From contig CAVPWJ010000182.1 in the NCBI GenBank assembly GCA_963708955.1, positions 10,684-74,683 of the forward strand: 64,000 nt of DNA, given 5' to 3'. The translations under genes were made by a program, and so were the position numbers. Under the pieces are notes generated by a model, which had not been told where the DNA came from, searched no databases, and was given only the letters and a program-made list of their open reading frames with translations. The stretch is from an uncultured delta proteobacterium (GTDB lineage: Bacteria; Desulfobacterota; Binatia; JACPRU01). Below are positions 28,352-37,483 of the stretch, in pieces (position 1 is the stretch's first letter; every line of letters starts with the position of its first letter).

Positions 28352-29668
28352 TCAACGGCTTCCCTTCATCGCCTCGTCGGCGCTGCGCAGGAATCCGCCA
28401 AGCAGCTCCATCCGCCCGACGATGCCGACCAGCCGGCCATCTCGATCCACCACCGGGAAGCGCTTCACGTGACGCTCGGCGGAGACCGCCAGCGCATCGG
28501 CAAACGGCGTGTTCTCCTGCACCGTCACCGCCGGGGACGTCATGATGTCGGCGGCACGGCTGCCGCGGATACGCGCGAGGTGCCGGCGCGCTTCGCCGCC
28601 GATCGACTCGATCGGGATCTTGCTACGGAAGACCTCGACGACGCTCGAGCGAGCTTCGGGGTCGAGGCGCTGGACGAGGTCGCTATCGGTGATGACGCCG
28701 AGCGGGCGCCGGTCCGCGTCGACGACGACCACCCGCTTCGCTTCCGAGCCGACGACGAGGTCGATGACCTCATCGAGCGCGGTGTCGGCAGCGGTGGTTG
28801 GCACGTTGCGCGCCATGACGTCGCCGATCGTGTGCGGGGTCGCGCCCGGCGGCAGGCCGTGCGGCTCGAGCCGATGCTCGGGGAGGTGGACGGAGGCCAT
28901 CGTCTTCAGCACGTCGATGCGGCCGAGCACGCCGGCCAGCCGTCCGTCCTCGCCGACCACCGGCAGGCGCTTGAGTCCGCGCTCCACCATGCGGTGAGCC
29001 GCCTCGGCGAGCGGCGCGCTCGCGACGATCGTCACGGCGGGCACCTTCATCACCTCGCCGACCTTTCGCTGGCTGCTGCGCAGCCGCGCGAGCATCTGCT
29101 CGACGACCGCTCCGCCGACGGCGCGCGGGATCGACAGCGTGAGGCTCACGTCGCCGGCATCGAGGAGATCGGTGTCGCCGACCGTCCCGAGCACGCGCCG
29201 GTCGGCGTCGATGACCGGCAGCGCCGTATAGTCCTTGTCGATGAGGATCTCGATCACCCGCGACACCAGCGTGTCCGGCGTGACCGTCTCGACCTTCTCG
29301 GTCATCACGTCTCGGACCGCGAGCTCGGGAAGCCCCTGGCGCAGGATCGGCGTGTACTTGAGGACGCCGATCTCCTCGACGGTCATCAGTCCCGAGCCGA
29401 TCATCTCCTTCAGCTTCGGCAGATAGCGCGCGATGCGGTCGGCGCGATCGACCACGGTAATGACCAGCGGCAGATCGCTCGACAGGCGAAGGATCGCCGC
29501 GGTCTTGATCCGGCTCGATGCTCCGAAGCCGGCGATGCCGCGCACCACGGTCGCGCCGGCGCAGCCCTCGGCCTTCAGATATTCAAGCACCGCCGCATAC
29601 ACCGACTGGTGGTGCCAGGTGTCCGACTCGCCGACGTAGATCATCAACCGCTTAGTCTCAGGGATCAT
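28352..29668 (-). CDS. DUF190 domain fused to four CBS domains (fluoride-responsive operon protein)
   Basis: The N-terminal 100 aa (MIYVGESDTWHHQSVYAAVLEYLKAEGCAGATVVRGIAGFG) is DUF190, a fold commonly encoded next to crcB. Four CBS repeats follow (VRDVMT..., VGEVMK..., IGDVMA..., AADIMT...). The start is taken at 29668 with SD GGGGAAAGGG. The upstream ATG at 29695 lies inside the riboswitch terminator. Confidence 0.8.
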   Translation of the reverse strand: MIPETKRLMIYVGESDTWHHQSVYAAVLEYLKAEGCAGATVVRGIAGFGASSRIKTAAILRLSSDLPLVITVVDRADRIARYLPKLKEMIGSGLMTVEEIGVLKYTPILRQGLPELAVRDVMTEKVETVTPDTLVSRVIEILIDKDYTALPVIDADRRVLGTVGDTDLLDAGDVSLTLSIPRAVGGAVVEQMLARLRSSQRKVGEVMKVPAVTIVASAPLAEAAHRMVERGLKRLPVVGEDGRLAGVLGRIDVLKTMASVHLPEHRLEPHGLPPGATPHTIGDVMARNVPTTAADTALDEVIDLVVGSEAKRVVVVDADRRPLGVITDSDLVQRLDPEARSSVVEVFRSKIPIESIGGEARRHLARIRGSRAADIMTSPAVTVQENTPFADALAVSAERHVKRFPVVDRDGRLVGIVGRMELLGGFLRSADEAMKGSR

Positions 29669-29689
29669 GGCCACGCCCTTTCCCCGCAA

Positions 29690-29780
29690 AAACACGAAAC
29701 CCCCACCAGCCTTCTGGTAGGGGCCATCAGTCCAAGCTGCCGGGACGGTTCAATGAGTGAACCCCATCACCCGCGGGACC
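29690..29780 (-). promoter_or_regulatory. Fluoride riboswitch (crcB RNA motif) with an overlapping intrinsic-terminator expression platform
   Basis: The minus-strand RNA GGGUGAUGGGGUUCACUCAUUGAACCGUCCCGGCAGCUUGGACUGAUGGCCCCUACCAG reproduces P1 (GGGUGA/UCACUC), the loop GAUGGnGUUC, the P3 stem and the 3' UGAUGGCCCCUACCAG element, whose CCCC can pair with the loop GGGG as a pseudoknot. This matches the B. cereus and T. petrophila crcB aptamers. Downstream, CUACCAG-AAGG-CUGGUGG forms a 7-bp hairpin followed by GGGUUUCGUGUUUUUG, a terminator that shares the aptamer 3' strand. This is a classic fluoride ON-switch. Confidence 0.8.
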
Positions 29781-29878
29781 AAGTAGCGTGAAACGTGCTC
29801 GGGCTCAAGCAACCCTGCAACCCATCCACTCGCCCGGAAACCCAGCCCCGACTATACTGCCATCGTGAGGACTGACGC

Positions 29879-30697
29879 ATGACGAAGCCCGAGACCCTGC
29901 GGGCTCTCTTCCGGGCGCTCACCGACGAGATCACGTCGGAGGCCGAGGCGTTTGCCGAACGCGTGGCGCGCGAGCAATTCTACGTCGCCTGCGTCGGTCA
30001 GCACAAGCGAGGCAAGTCGACGCTCTTGAACGCGCTGGTCGGCGGGAAGGTCCTGCCGATGGGCGTGGTGCCGGTGACGACAGTCCCGACGGTCGTTCGC
30101 TACGGCCAGCGCCGCTCCGCGCTGCGAGCGGTGGAGAAGGCCGCCGCCGGCTACCTCGAGCGGCTCCTCGTCACCAACGCCTCGCGCATCGCCGGCGACT
30201 TCAACGAGCGGATCCTCGAGAGTCAGCGCCAGCTCGAGTCCGAGGTGCGCTCGTCGATCCGCAGCGCTCGGTTGTCCGCCACCCGCGCTCTCGATCGCGC
30301 CCGGTCGAAGCGCGCCTCCGCCGAGTGGAAGGGCTCGCGCCCGCGCCCCGCGGTGCTGGCTAGAGAGCGACGCCCCGCCTCGCTCGGCATTCGTTCACGG
30401 AATGCGCGCCGGCGCACTCGCACGACCGTTGGCGGACGAGATGTCGCCGCCCGTCTCGCCGGTGCTGCGATTGAAGACGCCGCGAGGGCCTATCGCTGGC
30501 TCCTCGATCCGGGCTACGGGCCGCGACGAATCGTCGTCGCCGGAGACTCGGCAGGCGGCGGCCTCACACTGCCCACCTTGCTCGACCTGAGGGAGGCGGG
30601 CGACCCCGAGCTGTTCCACGTCTGGCATGCCTACGCTCCCATGCTCGACGAAGGGCAGAAGGCGGTGGACGACATCGGTGCCTACAGGGTGTCCTGA
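29879..30697 (+). pseudogene. Mosaic gene remnant: dynamin-like GTPase N-terminal fragment fused in frame to an esterase/lipase (HSL-family) core fragment
   Basis: Residues 30-75 carry a P-loop, [16 protein letters not shown], and a [12 protein letters not shown] block like bacterial dynamin-like proteins, but the G2/G3 (DxxG)/G4 motifs are absent. Residues 190-250 ([42 protein letters not shown]) match the region around the nucleophile elbow GDSAGG of hormone-sensitive-lipase-family esterases, but the HGGG box and the catalytic Asp/His are absent. Confidence 0.45.
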
Positions 30698-30847
30698 GGG
30701 CCTGGCCGGAGGGTCGCGTTCGGCGGGCAGCGCGGCGGCGCGGCTCGCGGACCTGCTGGCCGGAGCTGCCGGCCGAGCTGCTGGGCAAGGCGCCTCGAGA
30801 CTGACCGGAGCCGCCGACAGGCGAACACGACGTCCGCGATCGACTGC

Positions 30848-33800
30848 TCACGATCCGATCGTCGGGGCGCTACGATCGACTTCTCGTCCCCGCCAGATCG
30901 AGTAGATCGCCGGATAGACGAGCAACTCCATGAAAAACGACGTGAAGATGCCGCCGACCATTGGCGCGGTGATGCGCTTCATCACGTCGGCGCCGGTGCC
31001 CTGCGACCAGAGGATGGGCAGCAGCCCGAGGAACATCACCCCGACGGTCATCACCTTGGGGCGAAGGCGCTTGACCGCGCCCTCGATGATCGCCTCGCGC
31101 AGCTCCTCCGCCGAGCGCAGGCGTCCCTGACGGCGGCGCTCGGCGTACGCGAGGTCGAGGTAGAGCAGCATGAACACGCCGGTTTCCGCGTCGACGCCGA
31201 GCAGCGCGATTATCCCCACCCATACGGCGACGCTCATGTTGTAGTCGAGCAGCCACAGCAACCAGATCGCGCCGACCGCCGAGAACGGCACGGCGAGCAG
31301 GATGATCATCGTCTTGGTGATCGAGGCGGTGTTCACGTAGAGCAGGATGAAGACGATCAGCAGCGTGAACGGCACGACGATCGCGAGGCGGGCGCTGGCG
31401 CGCTGCAGGTACTGGAACTGTCCTGCCCACTCGAGGTGTATGCCCGGCGGCAGCTTCACCCGCTCGTCGACCGCTTGCTTGGCCTCCGCGACGTAGCCGC
31501 CGAGGTCGCGGCCGGCAACGTCCACGAACACGTATCCGGCGATCTGACCGTTCTCGTCGTGGATCGACGGCGGCGCGGTCGACACCGAAATGTCCGAGAC
31601 CTCGGCGAGCGGGATCTGCGCCCCGTCGGGCGCCGAGACCAGCACGCGGCCGAGGCTTTGGAGGTCGCTGCGCTCGTCGCGCACGTAGCGCACGTTGATC
31701 GAGTAGCGCTCGCGCCCCTCGACGGTCTGCGACACGCTCGTGCCGCCGATCGCCGATTCGATCACATCCTGGACGTCGCCGACGGTCAGGCCGTAGCGCG
31801 CGACCGCGTCGCGCTTGACGTCGAAGTTCAGGTAGTAGCCGCCGGTGGTGCGCTCGGCAAACGCGCTGCGGGTGCCGGGCACGACCGCGAGCGCCTGCTC
31901 GATTTCCTTCGAGACGCGCCCGATCTCCTCGAGATCGGCGCCGAACACCTTGACGCCGAGCACGCTGCGGATGCCGGTGGCGAGCATTTCCGTGCGGGTC
32001 TGGATCGGCATCCACCAGATATTCGGCATGCCGGGGAAGCGGATCGTACGGTCGAGCTCGTCGAGCAGCTTGTCCCACGTCATGCCCGGCCGCCACTGGT
32101 CTTTGGGCTTCAGCGTGATCACGGTCTCGAACATGTTGAGCGGGGCCGGATCGGTCGGCGTCTCGGCGCGGCCGGACTTGCCGAACACGGTGGCGACCTC
32201 GGGGAACTGTTTGATCATCCGGTCCTGGGTCTGGATCGCCGCGCGCGCCTGGGCGACCGACATGCCGGGTAGCGCGGTCGGCATGTAGAGGATCGTGCCC
32301 TCGTTCAGCGGCGGCATGAACTCCGAGCCGAGCCGGAAATAGATCGGCACCGTGACCGCGACGACGGCGAAGGCCGTGGCGATCGTCGTCCAGCGAAAGC
32401 GTAGCACGAGCTCGATCACGGGCTGGTAGAGCCGCATCAGCGGCCGGCTGATCGGGTGCGTTTCCTCGCCGTGAATCGTGCCGACGAGCAGCGCGTTGGT
32501 GACGCGGCAGAGCCAGCGCGGCCGGAACGAATACGGATCGACGCGGGTGAAGATCAGCCGCACGGCCGGATCGAACGTGATCGCCAGCACCGCGGCGATC
32601 ACCATGGAGAAGTTCTTGGTGAAGGCGAGGGGCTTGAAGAGGCGCCCCTCCTGGGCCTCGAGCGCGAAGATCGGCAGGAATGACACGGCGATCACCAAGA
32701 GCGAGAAGAAGCTCGGGCCGCCGACCTCCTTCACGGCGCTCACCACCACGTCGCGAAAGTGTCCGGGTCGCCCCGCCGCCTGCCAGTGCTCGAGCTTCTT
32801 GTGGGTCTGCTCGACGACCACGATCGCGGCGTCGACCATGGCGCCGATCGCCACCGCGATGCCACCGAGCGACATGATACTCGCGGTGATACCCATCGCC
32901 GCCATCGGTATGAACGAGAGCGTGACGGCGACGGGGATCGTCAGGATCGGAATGATCGCGCTCGGCACGTGCCAGAGGAAGACGAGGATCACCCCGCTGA
33001 CGATCAGCAGCTCCTCGACGAGCGTGTGCTTCAGCGTGTCGATCGCGCGGTGGATCAGCGTCGAGCGGTCGTAGGTAGCCACCACCTCGACCCCCGCCGG
33101 CAGCGACTTCTTGACCTCGTCGAGCTTGCGCTTGACGCCGTCGATCACGCGCAGCGCATTCTCGCCGTGGCGCATGACCACCACGGCGCCGACCACCTCG
33201 CCGTCGCCGTCGAGCTCAACGAGCCCGCGGCGAAGATCGGGCCCGAGGCGAACGCGGCCGACGTCGCGGACGAGGATCGGCGTGCCGTTGCCGTTGGTGC
33301 CGACGACGATCTGCTCGACGTCGGCGACCGAGCGGACGTAGCCGCGGCCGCGCACCATGTATTCGGTACCGTTGAATTCCACGAGCCGCCCGCCGACCTC
33401 GTTGTTCGAGCGTCGAATCGCCTCCATTACTTGATGGAACGGCAGGCGGTAGGCGAGCAGCGTGGCCGGCCGGATCTCCACTTGGTACTGCTTGACGAAG
33501 CCGCCGACGGACGCGACCTCCGCAACCCCCGGCACCGCCGAGAGCCAGTAGCGCAGATACCAGTCCTGAAACGAACGCAGCTCGGCCAGCGTGTGCGTGC
33601 CGCTCTTGTCGACGAGAGCGTATTCGTAGACCCAGCCGACGCCCGTCGCGTCGGGCCCAAGCCGCGGGCTCACGCCTTGCGGCAATCTCCCGGTGATGCC
33701 CTGCATGTACTCGAGGACGCGGCTTCGCGCCCAATAGAGGTCGGTGCCGTCCTGGAAGACGACGTTCACGAACGAGTAACCGAACATCGACTCGCCGCGC

Positions 33801-34045
33801 ACGTACTTGACTTTCGGAGCGGCGATCATCGTGCTGATGATCGGATAGGTGATCTGGTCCTCGACGATGTCGGGACTTCGGCCCGGCCAGTCGGTGAACA
33901 CGATCACCTGCACGTCCGAGAGGTCCGGCATCGCGTCGAGCGGGCTCTGCCGCAGCGACCAGACGCCGGTTGCCGTGGCGAAGAGGACGAGCAACACGAC
34001 GAGGAAGCGGTTGCGCGCGCTGTATTCGATGATGCGATCGATCAT
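30848..34045 (-). CDS. cusA: Heavy-metal efflux RND transporter, CusA/CzcA family
   Basis: ATG at 34045 gives MIDRIIEYSARNRFLVVLL... The 1,065-aa product has 12 TMs and two large periplasmic loops. The level of identity is HME-RND type (e.g. ASIMSLGGIAVAIGAMVDAAIVVVE). Confidence 0.9.
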   Translation of the reverse strand: MIDRIIEYSARNRFLVVLLVLFATATGVWSLRQSPLDAMPDLSDVQVIVFTDWPGRSPDIVEDQITYPIISTMIAAPKVKYVRGESMFGYSFVNVVFQDGTDLYWARSRVLEYMQGITGRLPQGVSPRLGPDATGVGWVYEYALVDKSGTHTLAELRSFQDWYLRYWLSAVPGVAEVASVGGFVKQYQVEIRPATLLAYRLPFHQVMEAIRRSNNEVGGRLVEFNGTEYMVRGRGYVRSVADVEQIVVGTNGNGTPILVRDVGRVRLGPDLRRGLVELDGDGEVVGAVVVMRHGENALRVIDGVKRKLDEVKKSLPAGVEVVATYDRSTLIHRAIDTLKHTLVEELLIVSGVILVFLWHVPSAIIPILTIPVAVTLSFIPMAAMGITASIMSLGGIAVAIGAMVDAAIVVVEQTHKKLEHWQAAGRPGHFRDVVVSAVKEVGGPSFFSLLVIAVSFLPIFALEAQEGRLFKPLAFTKNFSMVIAAVLAITFDPAVRLIFTRVDPYSFRPRWLCRVTNALLVGTIHGEETHPISRPLMRLYQPVIELVLRFRWTTIATAFAVVAVTVPIYFRLGSEFMPPLNEGTILYMPTALPGMSVAQARAAIQTQDRMIKQFPEVATVFGKSGRAETPTDPAPLNMFETVITLKPKDQWRPGMTWDKLLDELDRTIRFPGMPNIWWMPIQTRTEMLATGIRSVLGVKVFGADLEEIGRVSKEIEQALAVVPGTRSAFAERTTGGYYLNFDVKRDAVARYGLTVGDVQDVIESAIGGTSVSQTVEGRERYSINVRYVRDERSDLQSLGRVLVSAPDGAQIPLAEVSDISVSTAPPSIHDENGQIAGYVFVDVAGRDLGGYVAEAKQAVDERVKLPPGIHLEWAGQFQYLQRASARLAIVVPFTLLIVFILLYVNTASITKTMIILLAVPFSAVGAIWLLWLLDYNMSVAVWVGIIALLGVDAETGVFMLLYLDLAYAERRRQGRLRSAEELREAIIEGAVKRLRPKVMTVGVMFLGLLPILWSQGTGADVMKRITAPMVGGIFTSFFMELLVYPAIYSIWRGREVDRSAPTIGS

Positions 34046-34150
34046 CCTGCCCTCTGGAAATCCGCCCCCGCGCGAGCAGGGCAGGGACTGCCTCGGCGCC
34101 GGGCCCCGCACGACCGAGCCGGTGGCGGGGAGTAGCCATTTACGGCGGCG

Positions 34151-35695
34151 CTACCCACCGACGCGCACCGTGAACCGCTCGCGCAACGGAGGCTTCCCCG
34201 GCCGATCGATCTGGGTCACCACGCTCCACGGGCCGCCCATCGTGAACTTCGCCATGCCCTCGTAAACGCCGTCGCCCACCGCCTTCGCTGCGGCGCTCTC
34301 GATCGTCATGCCCGGCATGTCCATCGTGTAGTTGAAGGTCACCTTCGCCTCCGGGACCGGTGCGCCGCGCGCGTCGCGCACGCGCACGCGAATTGCGGAT
34401 TCGCCGACCCGCGCGGTGTCCGCGGCGGGGAAGACGGCGACCAAGAGGTCGCCGACCCGCTTCTCCTGGACGGCAGCGCCCGCCGGGGTTGGAGCGGAAG
34501 CCGCCGCACCGTTGCTCGGGGGTACCGGCGCCGCGCCGCCCATCGACATCGGCCGGGCGCTCTCCATCTTCCAGTCGCCCATGCCGATCGCGCCCATCAT
34601 TCCCATCATGCTGTCCGCGCCCTGGATCTGGCTCTCGGAGTCGACGAGGAAGTTCGCGCTGGTCGCCACGCGCTCGCCGGGAGAGAGCCCCTGCTTGATC
34701 TCGACCCAGTCGTCGACGCGATCGCCGAGCACGACGTCGCGCGGCTCGAGCCGTCCGTCGCCGCTGCCGACGAACACGAGCTGGCGGCGGCCCGAGTCGA
34801 GCACGGCGCTCTTCGGCACCACCAGGCGCTCGCCGAGCGGCACGCGCAGCTCGACGCTGCCGTACATCTCGGGGCGGAGAAGACGGTCGGCGTTCTCGAG
34901 CTCGAAGCGCACTTTGACCGTGTGGGTCTTGGCATCGAGCGTCGGGTAGAGGTAGGCGACCTTGGCGTGGAAGGTGCGGTCGGGCACGTACGACAGCCGG
35001 ATCTCCGCGGGCTGGCCGACCTTCACGGACGGCAGCTCGTACTCGTAGACGTCACCGTAGACCCAGATCGTCGACAGATCGGCGAGCCGGTAGAGCGTCA
35101 TCCCCGCCTGCACGCTCTGGCCGGCGACCACCATCTTCTCGACCACGACCCCGGAAGCGGGCGCGCGGATGATTCGACGAAGCCTCGGCTTGCCGGACGC
35201 CTCGATCTCGCGGATCTCGGAGTCCCTGAGATCCCAGAGGCGAAGCCGCTCGCGGCTTGCCCGTAACAGCGACGCCGCCGATTCCGCGGCGCTCGGCACC
35301 CGGCTCTGGCCGATCGCCTGCTCGGTTTGCAACGCGAGCAGATACTCCTGCTCGGCGCTCACCAGGTCCGGGCTGTAGATCGAGAACAGCGGCTCGCCCT
35401 TGCGGACCGTCTTTCCCGTGTAGTCGGCGTACAGATCCTCCACGTAGCCGCTCACCTTGAGTGTCACCGCGGTGACCTTCCGCTCGTCGTAGTCGAAGCG
35501 CCCGACCGTGCGAATCACTTTCTCGAGCGGGCGCCGCTGCGCGGTGCCGTAGGTGACGCCGATGGCCTGGCGCTGCTTCGCGTCGAGCTGGATCGTCGCC
35601 CGCGAGGCGTCTCCCTCCGGCTCGACGGCGGCCGCGCCGGCAGCGAGCAGCGCCAGAGCGACGGTGAAGCCGAGCTTCCGAGGCCGATTCTTCAT
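34151..35695 (-). CDS. cusB: Efflux RND periplasmic adaptor (CusB/CzcB type) with a Met-rich segment and a C-terminal FixH/YtkA-like metal-binding domain
   Basis: Signal peptide, membrane-fusion-protein core, then MMGMMGAIGMGDWKMESARPMSMGG, and a C-terminal beta-rich domain of about 90 aa (KVTFNYTMDMPGMTIESAAAKAVGDGVYEGMAKFTMGGPWSV). Confidence 0.85.
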   Translation of the reverse strand: MKNRPRKLGFTVALALLAAGAAAVEPEGDASRATIQLDAKQRQAIGVTYGTAQRRPLEKVIRTVGRFDYDERKVTAVTLKVSGYVEDLYADYTGKTVRKGEPLFSIYSPDLVSAEQEYLLALQTEQAIGQSRVPSAAESAASLLRASRERLRLWDLRDSEIREIEASGKPRLRRIIRAPASGVVVEKMVVAGQSVQAGMTLYRLADLSTIWVYGDVYEYELPSVKVGQPAEIRLSYVPDRTFHAKVAYLYPTLDAKTHTVKVRFELENADRLLRPEMYGSVELRVPLGERLVVPKSAVLDSGRRQLVFVGSGDGRLEPRDVVLGDRVDDWVEIKQGLSPGERVATSANFLVDSESQIQGADSMMGMMGAIGMGDWKMESARPMSMGGAAPVPPSNGAAASAPTPAGAAVQEKRVGDLLVAVFPAADTARVGESAIRVRVRDARGAPVPEAKVTFNYTMDMPGMTIESAAAKAVGDGVYEGMAKFTMGGPWSVVTQIDRPGKPPLRERFTVRVGG

Positions 35696-36990
35696 CGTGC
35701 TTCACCTCTCTCGATGGGCGCGCCGACGGCCCGCTCCAGGTCGGCGAACGCTCTCTGGAAGCCGGCCTCCGCCTCGACGTGTTCGAGGTGCACCGACTCG
35801 ACCGCTCGCAGGCTGTCGATCAGCGAAAGGAAATCGACCTTGCCGGTCTGGTAGCCGATCTCGCTCGCGCCGAGCGCCTGCTCGGCTTGCGGGACGTGCG
35901 TGGTGACGAGGAGGTCGCGCTGCAGCAACGCCGTGCGGGCGCGCAGGAACGCCTGCCGCACTTCGCGAGCGACCCGGTCTTCGATCCGCCGGCGCTCCGC
36001 CTCGGCCGCGGCGAGCCCGGCTTTCGCCTCGTCGACCTCCGCATCGTACTTGTACTTGTAGGCGAACGGCAGCGACACCGCGGCCATCGCTCCGAAGCCG
36101 TCCGAGTCCCGGAAGTTGACGAAGCGGGAGACCGACAGCTCGAAGTCGGGAAGATAGTCGAGACGGGCGATCGCCAGTTTCGCCCGCTCGCGCTTGACCG
36201 CCGCGGCCTGCGCCGCCAGTTCCGGGCGGGCGCCGAGAGCGCGCCGGATCAGGTCGTCGTCGCCGTCGTCGAGCCGGGGTGGGGGAGGGTTCTCGGGAAC
36301 GCCGAGCGGCGCGCTCGGCGAGCGGCCAAGCAACGCGTTCAGCTCGGCCTGAGCGTCGTCGATCGCCAGCGTCCCGGTGGTCACGCGATTGACGAGCCGC
36401 GTGAGCTCGACCTGCGAGCGCAGCACGTCGGGCTGCGACACCTGGCCGACCGCGTACTTCTGCTCGGCGATCTTCGCCAACCGCTCGACGAGACCTTTGT
36501 CGCGCGAATAGACGAGCAAGCTCTGATGCGCCTGCCAGAGCCCGTAGTAGGCGCGTTTCACCAATACGACGAGCTCGAGCTCGGTGGCGTCGGCTTCGGC
36601 GCCGGCCATGTCGGCTTCGCGCTCGGCGACACGCCCGGCCAAGGATCGTTTTCCCGGAAACGGGATCTTCTGCGAGAGCGTGAAGATGTTGTTGGCGGCG
36701 CGATCGACGCGCAACGACTCGGGAGCGTTCCAGGCTTCGTAGCGCAACGTTGGATCGTCGTACGCCGAGGCCCGCGCGGGAGCGAAGCGGGCCGCGCGGG
36801 ATCGCTCGCGGGCGGCTTTTAGCTCGGGATTCGCATCGCGCGCCTGGGCGACGACGTCGGAGAGCCGCAGGGGCGGCGGAGCCGAGTCGGCGCCGCTCAC
36901 CGGGCGAGCGACGAGCGGCGCCACGAGCAGCAGCAGCTCGGCCAGGCGCCGCAGCGCGAAGAACGTTCGATCAGTCTTGCAAGCACGCAC
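35692..36990 (-). CDS. cusC: TolC-family outer-membrane efflux protein (CusC/CzcC type)
   Basis: GTG at 36990 has the SD GGGAGAG 4 nt upstream. The product is MRACKTDRTFFALRRLAELLLLVAPLVARPVSGA (signal peptide) followed by two TolC repeat halves. Confidence 0.8.
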   Translation of the reverse strand: MRACKTDRTFFALRRLAELLLLVAPLVARPVSGADSAPPPLRLSDVVAQARDANPELKAARERSRAARFAPARASAYDDPTLRYEAWNAPESLRVDRAANNIFTLSQKIPFPGKRSLAGRVAEREADMAGAEADATELELVVLVKRAYYGLWQAHQSLLVYSRDKGLVERLAKIAEQKYAVGQVSQPDVLRSQVELTRLVNRVTTGTLAIDDAQAELNALLGRSPSAPLGVPENPPPPRLDDGDDDLIRRALGARPELAAQAAAVKRERAKLAIARLDYLPDFELSVSRFVNFRDSDGFGAMAAVSLPFAYKYKYDAEVDEAKAGLAAAEAERRRIEDRVAREVRQAFLRARTALLQRDLLVTTHVPQAEQALGASEIGYQTGKVDFLSLIDSLRAVESVHLEHVEAEAGFQRAFADLERAVGAPIERGEAR

Positions 36991-37120
36991 GGTTCTCTCC
37001 CTTCGACACGGGCATATGCCGGCGCGAATCGCCGGCGCCCCCGGGCGCAGGCGCTCGACGAGCGGCGCCGCCCCGGCGAATGCTTCGCACCCCGCGGGGT
37101 GCGAAGCGCCAGGAGAGATT

Positions 37121-37483
37121 CTAGAGTCGAAGCGCGCGGGTGAGCAGAAAGACGGGTGGCGGGGCGCTTTCGCGGGCCACCATCGCCAAGTCGACGTCGG
37201 CGGCCGCCGAGGAAGCGTCGAGCGCGCTCGGCGCCTCGACGACGAGCACCGTCGGTGGTGCATTCTCTCGCGGCGCCGCGGAGAGCGTCGGGTTCTGGGG
37301 ACTCGTTCTCGGGCCGCAACAAGACATATCGCAGGCCACGCCGAGATCGGCGCAGTCGTGCGCGCAGCACGCGGCGGCGCGGAGCTCGCGGTCGAGGCGC
37401 CGTGGCGAGGCTACCGCGGCATCCACGACGATCGACGCCAGCAGCAGTAAGAGCGCCCCGAGGGGTCGACGAAACCGGGCCAC
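37121..37483 (-). CDS. Hypothetical secreted Cys-rich mini-protein upstream of cusCBA
   Basis: GTG start. The signal peptide VARFRRPLGALLLLLASIVVDAAVA is followed by a mature part of about 95 aa with six Cys in CCAHDCADLGVACDMSCCGP. GC3 is high. It lies 130 nt upstream of cusC on the same strand. Confidence 0.35.
   Translation of the reverse strand: MARFRRPLGALLLLLASIVVDAAVASPRRLDRELRAAACCAHDCADLGVACDMSCCGPRTSPQNPTLSAAPRENAPPTVLVVEAPSALDASSAAADVDLAMVARESAPPPVFLLTRALRL

Noticed and set aside
29669-29695. Upstream ATG (29695) as the start of the DUF190-CBS gene, as in the ORF track
   Set aside because: It lies inside the U-tract of the riboswitch terminator and has no SD. The ATG at 29668 has the SD GGGGAAAGGG and sits downstream of the expression platform.
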